DNA of 59,291 nucleotides, counting the filler. It is 5 parts of 5 records of this genome, joined end to end, with 100 filler letters (N's around TTAATTAATTAA, not from the genome) between each part and the next. Parts side by side here need not be neighbours in the genome. Positions count along the whole stretch, not along the records: positions 1 to 22,705 come from SRR22947725_405; 4 more parts are not named here. One strand, written 5' to 3'. This document shows, one piece after another, positions 1 through 8,584 of the stretch; positions within the stretch are counted from its first letter, which is position 1, and every line of letters starts with the position of its first letter. Position numbers and translations under genes: made by a program. Below the pieces are notes generated by a model. That model was not told the DNA's origin. It made no database searches and saw only the letters and a program-made list of their open reading frames with translations.

Positions 1-144
1 ACCAATAACAACAGAATCTTCTATTGTTACGTGTCCACCTAGAGGGACGTTGTTTGCAATTATAACATTGTTTCCAATTTTACAATCATGGGCTACATGT
101 GATGAAATCATAAACAGACAGTCATTTCCAATAATAGTTTTTGA
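1..144 (-). pseudogene. lpxA: Internal fragment of acyl-ACP--UDP-N-acetylglucosamine O-acyltransferase; no start codon, runs off the window edge
   Basis: Manual translation of 144->1 gives [48 protein letters not shown], with the LpxA H-V-A-H-D-C and G-H-V motifs inside hexapeptide repeats. The frame is closed upstream by TAA at 175-177. Not in the ORF track. Confidence 0.85.
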
Positions 145-551
145 ACAGATGAAACTTGAACAATTTTTTGTTCTTTATCATTAATTAAATAATAATCACA
201 AGACACACCTAGCTTTTTTGGATTTTCTTCTAAATATAAAGACAAAATATTTCCTAAATCTTTATTAATGTAATCATCAGAATCTACTCGAACTACGTAC
301 TTGCCTTGTGATTTTCGTATTGCAGCATTAGCAGAAAATGCAACACCTGAATTTTTTTTATTTCTTATATATTTAAAATTAGGTAAACTTTTATATTCTT
401 CAACAACGTTTTGAGAGTTGTCTTTTGATAAATCATCAACAACAATGACCTCAAATTCATTTATAGACAAAGATTGATTCAAGCAACTTCTTATGCACCT
501 ATGAAGATATTTGCCATAGTTGTAATTAGTAATTATTATTGATACTAGCAT
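108..551 (-). CDS. Glycosyltransferase family 2, probably 3'-truncated at about 145
   Basis: GT-A N-terminus [15 protein letters not shown], DxD motif VDSDD. The last ~12 codons are out-of-frame lpxA sequence. Confidence 0.85.
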   Translation of the reverse strand: MLVSIIITNYNYGKYLHRCIRSCLNQSLSINEFEVIVVDDLSKDNSQNVVEEYKSLPNFKYIRNKKNSGVAFSANAAIRKSQGKYVVRVDSDDYINKDLGNILSLYLEENPKKLGVSCDYYLINDKEQKIVQVSSVQKLLLEMTVCL

Positions 552-561
552 AATTTAAAGA

Positions 562-590
562 TATATATCGTTCAAAAGTTGAACAGTAAA
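562..590 (-). promoter_or_regulatory. Putative sigma70 promoter of the GT2 gene with a palindromic operator in the spacer
   Basis: Minus strand reads TTTACT-gttcaacttttgaacga(17 bp)-TATATA, 10 nt upstream of the ATG at 551. Palindrome GTTCA-N5-TGAAC at 570-584. Confidence 0.6.
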
Positions 591-621
591 GAGAAAATTA
601 CTTTATATAAGCAAATAAATA

Positions 622-1935
622 ATGAGAAAAAAACAATCAGCAGAACTTATTTTACCAAATTTTGATAAAAAAATTAATGTTCACGCTTTTATGAAAGATT
701 ATTATATTAAAATTGGCTATCATAATTTTCCAAAAATTCAATTTTTAAAAAAAATAATAAATATTTATATTATTTATTTTAGAAAGCTAAGAATAATTTC
801 TGAAATTTTATTTAAATCAAAATTTATTTTTAACGATCCACCTAAAAAAGATTTGATAATTTATGATTGTGCAAATTCTCATTATCTAGAAATTATTATG
901 GATAATATAAATTTTGAAATACTATCTACAAGAATAAAAAAAATAAAAAAAATCTTTTTAACGAAAAATGTTGTCTCTTATATTTTAAAAAATTTTGGCA
1001 AAAAAAGTCTTAAACAAAACTATATTGCAGCTATTATAAAATTAATGGACCCTAAAGTAGTAATTACTCATGTAGATAATAATCCTGATTTTCATATAAC
1101 TTCAAAAATTTTTGAAAATAGTGAAATAAAATTTATTGCTATTCAGGCTGCTAATAGAGGAGACACTGTTTATAGGAGCAATAATATTACAGAAAAAATT
1201 TTTATTCCTGAATATTTGTGTTTTAGTAAATTTGATCAAGATATTCATGAAAAGAAAAATTGTAAAATAAAGAAATACACAACTATTGGTTCTCTTAATG
1301 CTCACTTAGCTTTAAATTATATTAAATCAAAAAAAATTGTAATCAGTCCTGACTTATACGACATTTGTCTTGTTGCAGAACCAATGCCTGAGTCAGACGG
1401 TGACTACGGTCATATTAATAATTTTCAAGATAAGTTAGGTCAAGTTGCTAATTATACTTATAGGTTTGCAAATGAAAATAAGTTGAAAATTATTTTTTCT
1501 GGCAAGGCAATAGGAAAAAAACAGATTGAGGGAGAAAATATTTTTTATAAAAATTATTTAAAAAAATTTGAATTCAAAATTTCATTTCAGGAAATGCATA
1601 AGTTTACTACATATTTAAACATGATGAAAAGTAAAATTGTTATTGGTCTTATTTCCACTTCTTTAAGAGAGGCATTTATTTTAAAGAAAAAGGTTTTATC
1701 TTGTAATTTCACTGGTCATAAAGATGTCATATTTCCTAGTAGTGGTATTTGCAGTTTTTCAAATGATGTAAGTTATGAAGAATTTAAGGAAAGACTTACT
1801 CAGATTATAAATATGGATTATGAGGAATATAAAAATAAACTTTCTAAAGATATCAATTATATAATGAATTCAGAAATTGATCCAATCAAATTTGTTCAAG
1901 ATAAAATCGAATCGTATATTACAAAAAAAACTTAA
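622..1935 (+). CDS. Surface carbohydrate biosynthesis protein of unknown function (possible GT-B-like transferase)
   Basis: 437-aa ORF in a glycan cluster; IAIQ..R, IGS and C-terminal STSLREA...KKVLSCNF segments resemble orphan polysaccharide-locus proteins. Confidence 0.5.
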   Translation: MRKKQSAELILPNFDKKINVHAFMKDYYIKIGYHNFPKIQFLKKIINIYIIYFRKLRIISEILFKSKFIFNDPPKKDLIIYDCANSHYLEIIMDNINFEILSTRIKKIKKIFLTKNVVSYILKNFGKKSLKQNYIAAIIKLMDPKVVITHVDNNPDFHITSKIFENSEIKFIAIQAANRGDTVYRSNNITEKIFIPEYLCFSKFDQDIHEKKNCKIKKYTTIGSLNAHLALNYIKSKKIVISPDLYDICLVAEPMPESDGDYGHINNFQDKLGQVANYTYRFANENKLKIIFSGKAIGKKQIEGENIFYKNYLKKFEFKISFQEMHKFTTYLNMMKSKIVIGLISTSLREAFILKKKVLSCNFTGHKDVIFPSSGICSFSNDVSYEEFKERLTQIINMDYEEYKNKLSKDINYIMNSEIDPIKFVQDKIESYITKKT

Positions 1936-2109
1936 TTTATTTAATAATTCAAGAAAAATAAATTAACTATATTAGAAGAAGGTTGAGTCAGTTAATCTTA
2001 CTACTATTCTCTCCATATTTGCTCAAAACTCTTTTTTTCTATAAAACCATGGTTTTTTAAAAGAAAAAAACCAATTTTAATGTTTATTAAAAATATTTGA
2101 TTTTTTTAC

Positions 2110-2155
2110 TTTACTGTTCAAAGAATGAACGCTATATTTGTTCAAAATTTGAACA
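2110..2155 (+). promoter_or_regulatory. Putative sigma70 promoter of the marR-rfaH-like operon with two tandem palindromic operators
   Basis: TTTACT(2110-2115)-gttcaaagaatgaacgc(17 bp)-TATATT(2133-2138), then the perfect palindrome TGTTCAAA-A-TTTGAACA at 2139-2155. Confidence 0.65.
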
Positions 2156-2165
2156 CAGCCACAAA

Positions 2166-2462
2166 ATGAAAAAAAATGAAGATTATTTTCACTTATTAAG
2201 AACAATACATAAAAAACCTAAGTCAAGCCAGAGGGAACTTGCTACTCACCTAGGTTTTAGTTTAGGAAAGTTAAATTATTGTCTTAAAGCTTTACAAGAA
2301 AAAGGACTAGTTAAAATAAAAAATTTTAAAAAAAATCCAAAAAAAATTAATTATTTTTACATTCTCACTCCTCAAGGAATAGCAGCTAAAACACAATTAA
2401 CTCTAAACTTCATGAAAAGAAAGATGAAGGAATATGATGAGCTTAAAAAAGAAATTGAATAA
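2166..2462 (+). CDS. MarR-family EPS-associated transcriptional regulator (winged HTH)
   Basis: SQRELA..LGFSLGKLNYCLKAL..KGLVK, YFYILTPQGI and FMKRKMKEYDELKKE are characteristic of this family. Start moved from the TTG at 2097 to the ATG at 2166, downstream of the predicted promoter. Confidence 0.9.
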   Translation: MKKNEDYFHLLRTIHKKPKSSQRELATHLGFSLGKLNYCLKALQEKGLVKIKNFKKNPKKINYFYILTPQGIAAKTQLTLNFMKRKMKEYDELKKEIE

Positions 2463-2464
2463 TT

Positions 2465-2965
2465 ATGTGGACAATAATTAAGATTGAAAAAAGAAAATTT
2501 AATTTATTTAAGTCAGAAATGACAAAAAAATTAGGAAGCGAATGTAAGTTTTATGCACCAAAGATAAAAGTTTCCACAATTAGAAAAAATAGAAAAATTG
2601 AAAAAAACTTTTATTTACTGGGCGATTATATTTTCTGTCATCATGAAAAATTTAATCAACGAAACTTAATTAACCAGCTCAAATCAATTATAGGTCTCAA
2701 ATATTTTATTAATAATTTTTTTTCAGCGCAAAATGAGATTAAACTCTTTATAGACAAATGTAAAGATATGGAAAGTAAAGATGGATTTATTACAGAGTCT
2801 TTATTTACTCTTTATATAAATAAAAATTATAAATTTATCTCTGGAGCACTTTCAGGAACTTTATTCAAAATTTTAGAATTGAATAAAACTGAGATAAGCA
2901 TTTTAATTGGCAGCATGAAAGCAAAATTAGACAGGAAAAAAAGCTATTTGTTTAATCCTGCTTAA
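2465..2965 (+). CDS. Divergent NusG paralogue (RfaH/UpxY-like transcription antiterminator)
   Basis: Co-linear resemblance to RfaH: N-terminal W, FYAPKIKV (~CLAPMITL), YLLGDYIF (~PLFPNYLF), KSIIGLKYFI (~NATRGVSHFV), KOW-like YKFISGALSG (~VIITEGAFEG). 166 aa; sits at the head of a long glycan operon. Confidence 0.7.
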   Translation: MWTIIKIEKRKFNLFKSEMTKKLGSECKFYAPKIKVSTIRKNRKIEKNFYLLGDYIFCHHEKFNQRNLINQLKSIIGLKYFINNFFSAQNEIKLFIDKCKDMESKDGFITESLFTLYINKNYKFISGALSGTLFKILELNKTEISILIGSMKAKLDRKKSYLFNPA

Positions 2966-3040
2966 TTTAAAATTTAATATAATGATCTATTTGTAAACTG
3001 ATATTTTACAAAGTGCGGAGCTTTGCTGATTTATCCTCAT

Positions 3041-4765
3041 ATGATTTATAAAATCTCGAAAATATTTGAAAAAAAAGACTTTTTAAAATTTAAAATAATT
3101 TTATTATTAAACTTTTTAACTTTTTTTTTAGAATTTGTATCGCTTGGGTCAATCCCAGTATTTGTTGGCATTATAATTGACAGTGGAACAAGTTTAAATA
3201 AGCTTGAAGAATATGGAATTTTTTACCTTTCAGAAATCAATAATCAAAACTTAATTAAATACTTGGGCCTGAGTATAATCTCAATATTTATTGTAAAAAA
3301 TATTTTTTATTTTATTCTCGTATATATCCAAGGAAAATTTGTAAAAAATTTGAAAATTAAATTATCAAAAGAACTTTTAGGTTATTATGTAATGTCTCCG
3401 TTTTCTTATCACATGCAAAACAATCCAGCAAAGTTAACAAGAAATTCGATTGATTCATTAGAAGGTTTAAGTCAATTTATTCTACAGGGAATAAATCTAT
3501 TTAAAGAAAGTTTAGCTATATTAGTTATTTTTACTCTTTTGGTTTTTATAAACCCTACGACTACAATACCGATTACTCTTATTTTTTCAATTTTAGGATA
3601 TGTTTATCTAAAAAAGATTAGACCTTTAATTAAAAAAAAAGCTGAAGCGAATGAAAATTTAAAAGTTAATCTAATACAAATGGTTAATGAAAGTTTTGGA
3701 GCAATTAAGGATATTAAAATACTTAATAAGGAAAAAGATATTTTAGAATATTATAATAAAAGTCGAAGCAAGCTTGAAAAAAATCTTTTTTATTTTACTG
3801 TTTTTGATAAGACTCCTAAACTTTTACTTGAGACGGTAGCAATTTTTGCAATAACTCTATCAACAATAATTATCTTAAATTTTAATAAGAATGTTTTAGA
3901 TCTTTTGCCTGTCTTATCATTAATTGTAATTGCTATAGTAAGATTTATACCTGCATTTAACGGTATTATTACTAGCTTATTTTATCTTCGGGTTTTACAA
4001 CCATCTGCTGATATTATAATAAACGAAAAAGAAAAAATTGAAAACTTTAAAAAGAAATCATCTCAAATTCAGAGTCAAGAATTAGACAAAAATCTAAATG
4101 AAAATAAAAATTTAATTCTATTAAAAGATATTTCTTTTTCTTATGGTGATAATCAAAAAGACATTCTTAAAAACATTAATTTAAACATTGAAAAAGGTAC
4201 AATAGTTGGAATAACTGGAGAAACAGGATCTGGTAAAAGTACACTTTTTCATATTATGTTAGGTTTATTGTCACCAAAAACTGGAAAAATTTTTTACAAA
4301 AATGAAAATATACATACAAATATGGAAAATTGGAGAAATCAAATCGGTTATATAGCTCAGAATATTTACTTGCTTGATAATACTATAGAAAAAAACATTT
4401 CATTCAATTTTTTAGATGAAAAAATTGATGAAGAAAGAATGAATTTTTCAATTAAAATGTCTTGTCTAGATGAAAAAATATCTGAACTTCCTTACGGTTT
4501 AAAAACTAAGGTTGGAAATGATGGAGTTAGATTATCTGGTGGTGAAAAACAGAGAGTCGCTTTAGCAAGGTCAATTTACAGAAATCCGAATATTTTTTTT
4601 ATGGACGAGTCAACAAGTGCATTAGATTTAGATACTGAACAAAGAATAATAAAAAATATGAAAGAAAATTTTTCAAAAAAAACAATTATTTTGATAGCTC
4701 ATAGAAAAACAACTATAAATGAGTGTGATAAGATAATTAATTTAAAAAACGGGCATATAAGTTAA
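3041..4765 (+). CDS. ABC transporter permease/ATPase, PglK/MsbA-like lipid-linked glycan flippase
   Basis: N-terminal TM domain, Walker A GETGSGKS, signature LSGGEKQR, Walker B FFMDE, H-loop IAHR. ATG at 3041 preferred to TTG at 3023. Confidence 0.85.
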   Translation: MIYKISKIFEKKDFLKFKIILLLNFLTFFLEFVSLGSIPVFVGIIIDSGTSLNKLEEYGIFYLSEINNQNLIKYLGLSIISIFIVKNIFYFILVYIQGKFVKNLKIKLSKELLGYYVMSPFSYHMQNNPAKLTRNSIDSLEGLSQFILQGINLFKESLAILVIFTLLVFINPTTTIPITLIFSILGYVYLKKIRPLIKKKAEANENLKVNLIQMVNESFGAIKDIKILNKEKDILEYYNKSRSKLEKNLFYFTVFDKTPKLLLETVAIFAITLSTIIILNFNKNVLDLLPVLSLIVIAIVRFIPAFNGIITSLFYLRVLQPSADIIINEKEKIENFKKKSSQIQSQELDKNLNENKNLILLKDISFSYGDNQKDILKNINLNIEKGTIVGITGETGSGKSTLFHIMLGLLSPKTGKIFYKNENIHTNMENWRNQIGYIAQNIYLLDNTIEKNISFNFLDEKIDEERMNFSIKMSCLDEKISELPYGLKTKVGNDGVRLSGGEKQRVALARSIYRNPNIFFMDESTSALDLDTEQRIIKNMKENFSKKTIILIAHRKTTINECDKIINLKNGHIS

Positions 4766-4791
4766 TATTAAAAATTAAAAAATTTATAATT

Positions 4792-5787
4792 ATGAATATT
4801 CTAGTAACAGGAGCTTGTGGGTTTATAGGCTCTCACACTGTAGAGCGTTTAGTCAAAAAGGGTTTTAATGTAAAAGCTTTTACGTTTTATAATTCTAGAG
4901 GCTCAAATGGCTGGATAGATAATCTTGATAAAAAAATTATTAAAGAGATAAATATTATCGCAGGAGATATTAGAGACCAAGATTTTTTAATAAATAATTC
5001 CAAAAAAGTAGACTCGATACTTCACTTAGCAGCATTAATAGGAATCCCTTATTCTTATCATGCTCCAAAAAGTTATATAGAAACTAATGTAACTGGCACA
5101 TACAACGTTTTGAATGCCGCAAAGATTAATAATATATCAAAGACAATTATTACATCTACTAGTGAAGTTTATGGAACTGCACAATCAATACCAATATCTG
5201 AAAGTCACTCTTTAAATGCACAATCTCCTTACGCTGCAAGTAAAATTGGTGCCGATCAATTAGCGTTATCATTTCACAGATCGTATAGGCTTCCAGTAAC
5301 AATAATAAGACCTTTTAACAGTTTTGGTCCAAGACAATCTACGAGAGCCATAATTCCTACTATTATTACTCAAATTTTAAATAATAATGGAAATGTAAAA
5401 TTGGGAAATTTATCTCCAACTAGAGATTTTACTTTTGTTGAAGACACCGCCGATAGTTTCATCCAGTCTTTAAAAAGTAACAAAATTGCCGGAGAAACAA
5501 TCAATGTTGGTAATAATTTTGAAATTTCAATCAAAGATATAATTAAAATTATGAAAGAGGATTTTGGTTATAACTTAAGAGTAACTTTGGATAAAAAAAG
5601 AGTACGAGAAAAAAAAAGTGAAGTATATAGATTAATTGCGAGTAATACTAAAGCAAAAAAATTATTAAATTGGAAACCAAAATATGAGGGAGTTAAAGGA
5701 TTTAAGCTTGGTTTAAAAAAAACAATTGAATGGTTTCAAGACCCTAGAAATTTAAAAGATTATAATTCTCAATCTTATTCAATCTAA
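4792..5787 (+). CDS. legB: NDP-N-acetylglucosamine 4,6-dehydratase, LegB-like
   Basis: TGACGFIGSH, HLAALIGIPYSY, TSTSEVYG, YAASK; first gene of a Leg-type cluster. Confidence 0.8.
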   Translation: MNILVTGACGFIGSHTVERLVKKGFNVKAFTFYNSRGSNGWIDNLDKKIIKEINIIAGDIRDQDFLINNSKKVDSILHLAALIGIPYSYHAPKSYIETNVTGTYNVLNAAKINNISKTIITSTSEVYGTAQSIPISESHSLNAQSPYAASKIGADQLALSFHRSYRLPVTIIRPFNSFGPRQSTRAIIPTIITQILNNNGNVKLGNLSPTRDFTFVEDTADSFIQSLKSNKIAGETINVGNNFEISIKDIIKIMKEDFGYNLRVTLDKKRVREKKSEVYRLIASNTKAKKLLNWKPKYEGVKGFKLGLKKTIEWFQDPRNLKDYNSQSYSI

Positions 5788-5793
5788 AAGTAA

Positions 5794-6966
5794 ATGCACA
5801 AAATTTCTGCTAAATTAATTCATTCTTTGATTGAAAAAACAGTTGGGAAAGGGTCTCATTACTTACATGAGCCGTCATTTTCAGTAAAAGAAATTAGATA
5901 TATTAATAATACAATTAAAAAAAATTCTGTTTCAAGTTCAGGAATTTATGGAGATAAATTCGAAAAAAAGATTAAAAGATATACTAAAGCTAAACACGTG
6001 ATTGCTGTAATCAATGGTACTCAAGGATTATTTATTTCGATGCAAGCACTAGGAATTAAAAGAAATCAAGAAGTACTTGTACCAGCATTAACTTTTGTAG
6101 GAACGGTAAATGCAATAAGTTATACTGGTGCAGAACCTCATTTTGTCGACTCTAAAATTGAAGACTTAGGAATAGATTGTAAAAAATTAGAAATTTATTT
6201 AAAAAAAATTTCAAAAATTAAAAAAAATAAGTGTATCAATAAAAAAACTGGACGGGTAATAAGTGGAATAATACCAGTGCATATTTTTGGTCACTCCTGC
6301 GATATCGAAAATATAATTAAGATTGCAAAAAAATTTAGATTAAAAATAATAGAAGATGCCGCAGAAGCAGTGGGCAGTTTTTACAAAAAAAGACATCTTG
6401 GAACATTTGGGGATGTTGGTTGCTTAAGTTTTAACGGAAACAAGATAATTACCACTGGAGGCGGTGGAGCAGTAATTACTAATAAAAAAAATTTAGCTAA
6501 AAAGATAAGATATTTGGCTAGCACAGCTAAAGTTAAACACAAATGGGAGTATATTCATGATGATATTGGTTATAATTTTAAAATGCCAAGTTTAAATGCT
6601 GCTTTAGGGTTAGCTCAAATTTCAAAAATTAATATTTTTTTAAAAGCAAAAAGAAGATTATTTAACGAATATTCTAAAAATTTTAAACAGCTAATTGGAG
6701 TTACTATTTTTCAAGAAGGTAAAAATTTAAAAAGCAATTATTGGCTTCAAACTTTGATTTTAGATAAAAGATATAAATATTTAAAAAATGAATTATTAAA
6801 TTATTGTTATAAAAAAAAAATATTTTTAAGACCAACTTGGAAATTAATTTCCAGCCTTAAGCCTTATAAAAAAAAACAAAAAATGGATTTATCTGGAGCT
6901 AGAGATATAGCAGCTCGGGTTATAAATTTACCAAGCAGCCAAAGCTTATTAATAGACAAGTCATGA
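5794..6966 (+). CDS. legC: LegC-family PLP-dependent aminotransferase (DegT/DnrJ family)
   Basis: LHEP, EDAAEA, SFNGNKIITTGGGG, GYNFKMP..NAALG. Confidence 0.85.
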   Translation: MHKISAKLIHSLIEKTVGKGSHYLHEPSFSVKEIRYINNTIKKNSVSSSGIYGDKFEKKIKRYTKAKHVIAVINGTQGLFISMQALGIKRNQEVLVPALTFVGTVNAISYTGAEPHFVDSKIEDLGIDCKKLEIYLKKISKIKKNKCINKKTGRVISGIIPVHIFGHSCDIENIIKIAKKFRLKIIEDAAEAVGSFYKKRHLGTFGDVGCLSFNGNKIITTGGGGAVITNKKNLAKKIRYLASTAKVKHKWEYIHDDIGYNFKMPSLNAALGLAQISKINIFLKAKRRLFNEYSKNFKQLIGVTIFQEGKNLKSNYWLQTLILDKRYKYLKNELLNYCYKKKIFLRPTWKLISSLKPYKKKQKMDLSGARDIAARVINLPSSQSLLIDKS

Positions 6967-7574
6967 AAACTAAAAAAAAAATTATTTTAATTGGCGCTGG
7001 TGGTCACGGAGTTTCGTGCGTTGATGTTATAGAAAAAGAAAATAAATATAAGATATATGGATTTATTGATGAAAAAAAAAAAAATTTTTTCAGTAAATAT
7101 AAAATAATTGGAAGTGATAAAGATTTAGTTCGAATTAGGAAAACTGTTGATAATGCATTAATAACTGTTGGACAGATTAAAAATCTATTTTTAAGGGAAA
7201 AAATTTTTAAAAAATTATTAAAATTAAAGTTTAATTTACCAGTTTTAGTATCACCGACAGCCTATGTATCAAATAATGCCTCTATAGGAGGAGGAACAAT
7301 AATTATGCACAAAGCAATTATAAATGCGAAAGCGAAGATCGGTAAAAATTGCATTATTAACACAGGAGCAATAATTGAACATAATGTGATTATTGAAGAT
7401 AACTGTCATATATCAACTGGTTCTATTGTGAATGGTGGAGCAGTTATTAAAAGCAACTCATTTATTGGCAGTGGAGCTGTAGTAAAACAAAATATTAAAA
7501 TAGGTAAAGCCTCATTAGTCAATGCTAGAAAATTTATAGATAGCAATCTTAAAGATAATTCAAAAATTCTGTGA
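6963..7574 (+). CDS. NeuD/PglD-family sugar acetyltransferase
   Basis: IGAGGHG N-terminus, hexapeptide repeats, EH motif (IIEHN). Confidence 0.85.
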   Translation: MKTKKKIILIGAGGHGVSCVDVIEKENKYKIYGFIDEKKKNFFSKYKIIGSDKDLVRIRKTVDNALITVGQIKNLFLREKIFKKLLKLKFNLPVLVSPTAYVSNNASIGGGTIIMHKAIINAKAKIGKNCIINTGAIIEHNVIIEDNCHISTGSIVNGGAVIKSNSFIGSGAVVKQNIKIGKASLVNARKFIDSNLKDNSKIL

Positions 7575-8584
7575 TTAAGAAAAATAAAACAGTAATTATT
7601 GCAGAGGCAGGAGTAAATCATAATGGAAAAATTGATTTAGCTCTAAAGCTCGTGGATGTTGCAGCAAAATCAAAAGCTGACTATATAAAATTTCAAACAT
7701 ATTCTACTGAAGATCTAGTACAAAAAAAAATTGGTTTGGCAAAATATCAGAAAAAAAATATAAAAAAAATATCATCACAATATAAATTATTAAAAAAATT
7801 TGAACTTTCTATTTCTGATCATCTAAAAATTATTAAAAGATGTAAACAAAAAAAAATAAAATTTTTATCAAGTCCTTTTGATTTTAAAAGTATCGATCTT
7901 TTAAAAAAATTAAAATTGAATTTGTTTAAAATCCCATCAGGTGAAATTACAAATATATCCTATTTAAGAAAGATTGGAGCACTAAAAAAAAAAATTATAT
8001 TATCAACTGGAATGTCCAATACAGAAGAAATTAAAAAAGCAATAAAAACTTTGATTTCATCAGGGACAAAAAAAAAGAATATTACCATTTTACACTGTAG
8101 CTCAGAGTATCCTGCCAATAAAGATAACCTAAATTTGCTATCAATCCCTTTTATGAAAAATAAATTCAATATTAATGTGGGGTATTCTGATCACAGTTTA
8201 GGTTTACAAGCATCTTTTACAGCAGTAGCTCTAGGGGCAACAGTAATTGAAAAACATTTTACTACAAATAAGAGACTAAGTGGACCTGATCAAAGTGCAA
8301 GTTTATCCTCTAAGGAACTTAGAAATCTGGTTAAAGGCATAAGATATATCGAACCAACTCTAGGAAGCTATGTAAAAAAACCCTATTTAAGTGAATTAAA
8401 AAATTTAAAATTTATAAGAAAATTCATAGTAGCAAAAAAAAAAATTAATAAAGGTGAAAAATTTACAGAGAAAAATGTAATCGCTAAAAGAGCTATAACT
8501 GGAATACCGGCATCTAAATGGGATTGGGTAATAGGAAGAAAGGCAAAAAAAAATTTTTTTTATGATGAAAACATCAAAATTTAA
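7571..8584 (+). CDS. neuB: Nonulosonic acid synthase (NeuB/LegI)
   Basis: IIAEAGVNHNG, KIPSGE, LHCSSEYP, GYSDHS, IEKHFT, C-terminal SAF domain. Confidence 0.92.
   Translation: MIKKNKTVIIAEAGVNHNGKIDLALKLVDVAAKSKADYIKFQTYSTEDLVQKKIGLAKYQKKNIKKISSQYKLLKKFELSISDHLKIIKRCKQKKIKFLSSPFDFKSIDLLKKLKLNLFKIPSGEITNISYLRKIGALKKKIILSTGMSNTEEIKKAIKTLISSGTKKKNITILHCSSEYPANKDNLNLLSIPFMKNKFNINVGYSDHSLGLQASFTAVALGATVIEKHFTTNKRLSGPDQSASLSSKELRNLVKGIRYIEPTLGSYVKKPYLSELKNLKFIRKFIVAKKKINKGEKFTEKNVIAKRAITGIPASKWDWVIGRKAKKNFFYDENIKI

Noticed and set aside
2043-2056. Perfect palindrome AAAACCATGGTTTT upstream of the marR promoter
   Set aside because: Single occurrence, mostly A/T and no loop; cannot be told from chance or called a terminator.
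570-2154. GTTC-containing motif as a LexA/SOS box
   Set aside because: The alphaproteobacterial SOS box is a direct repeat (GTTC-N7-GTTC) and the Gram-positive box is GAAC-N4-GTTC. The motif here is inverted GTTC-N7-GAAC and flanks glycan genes.
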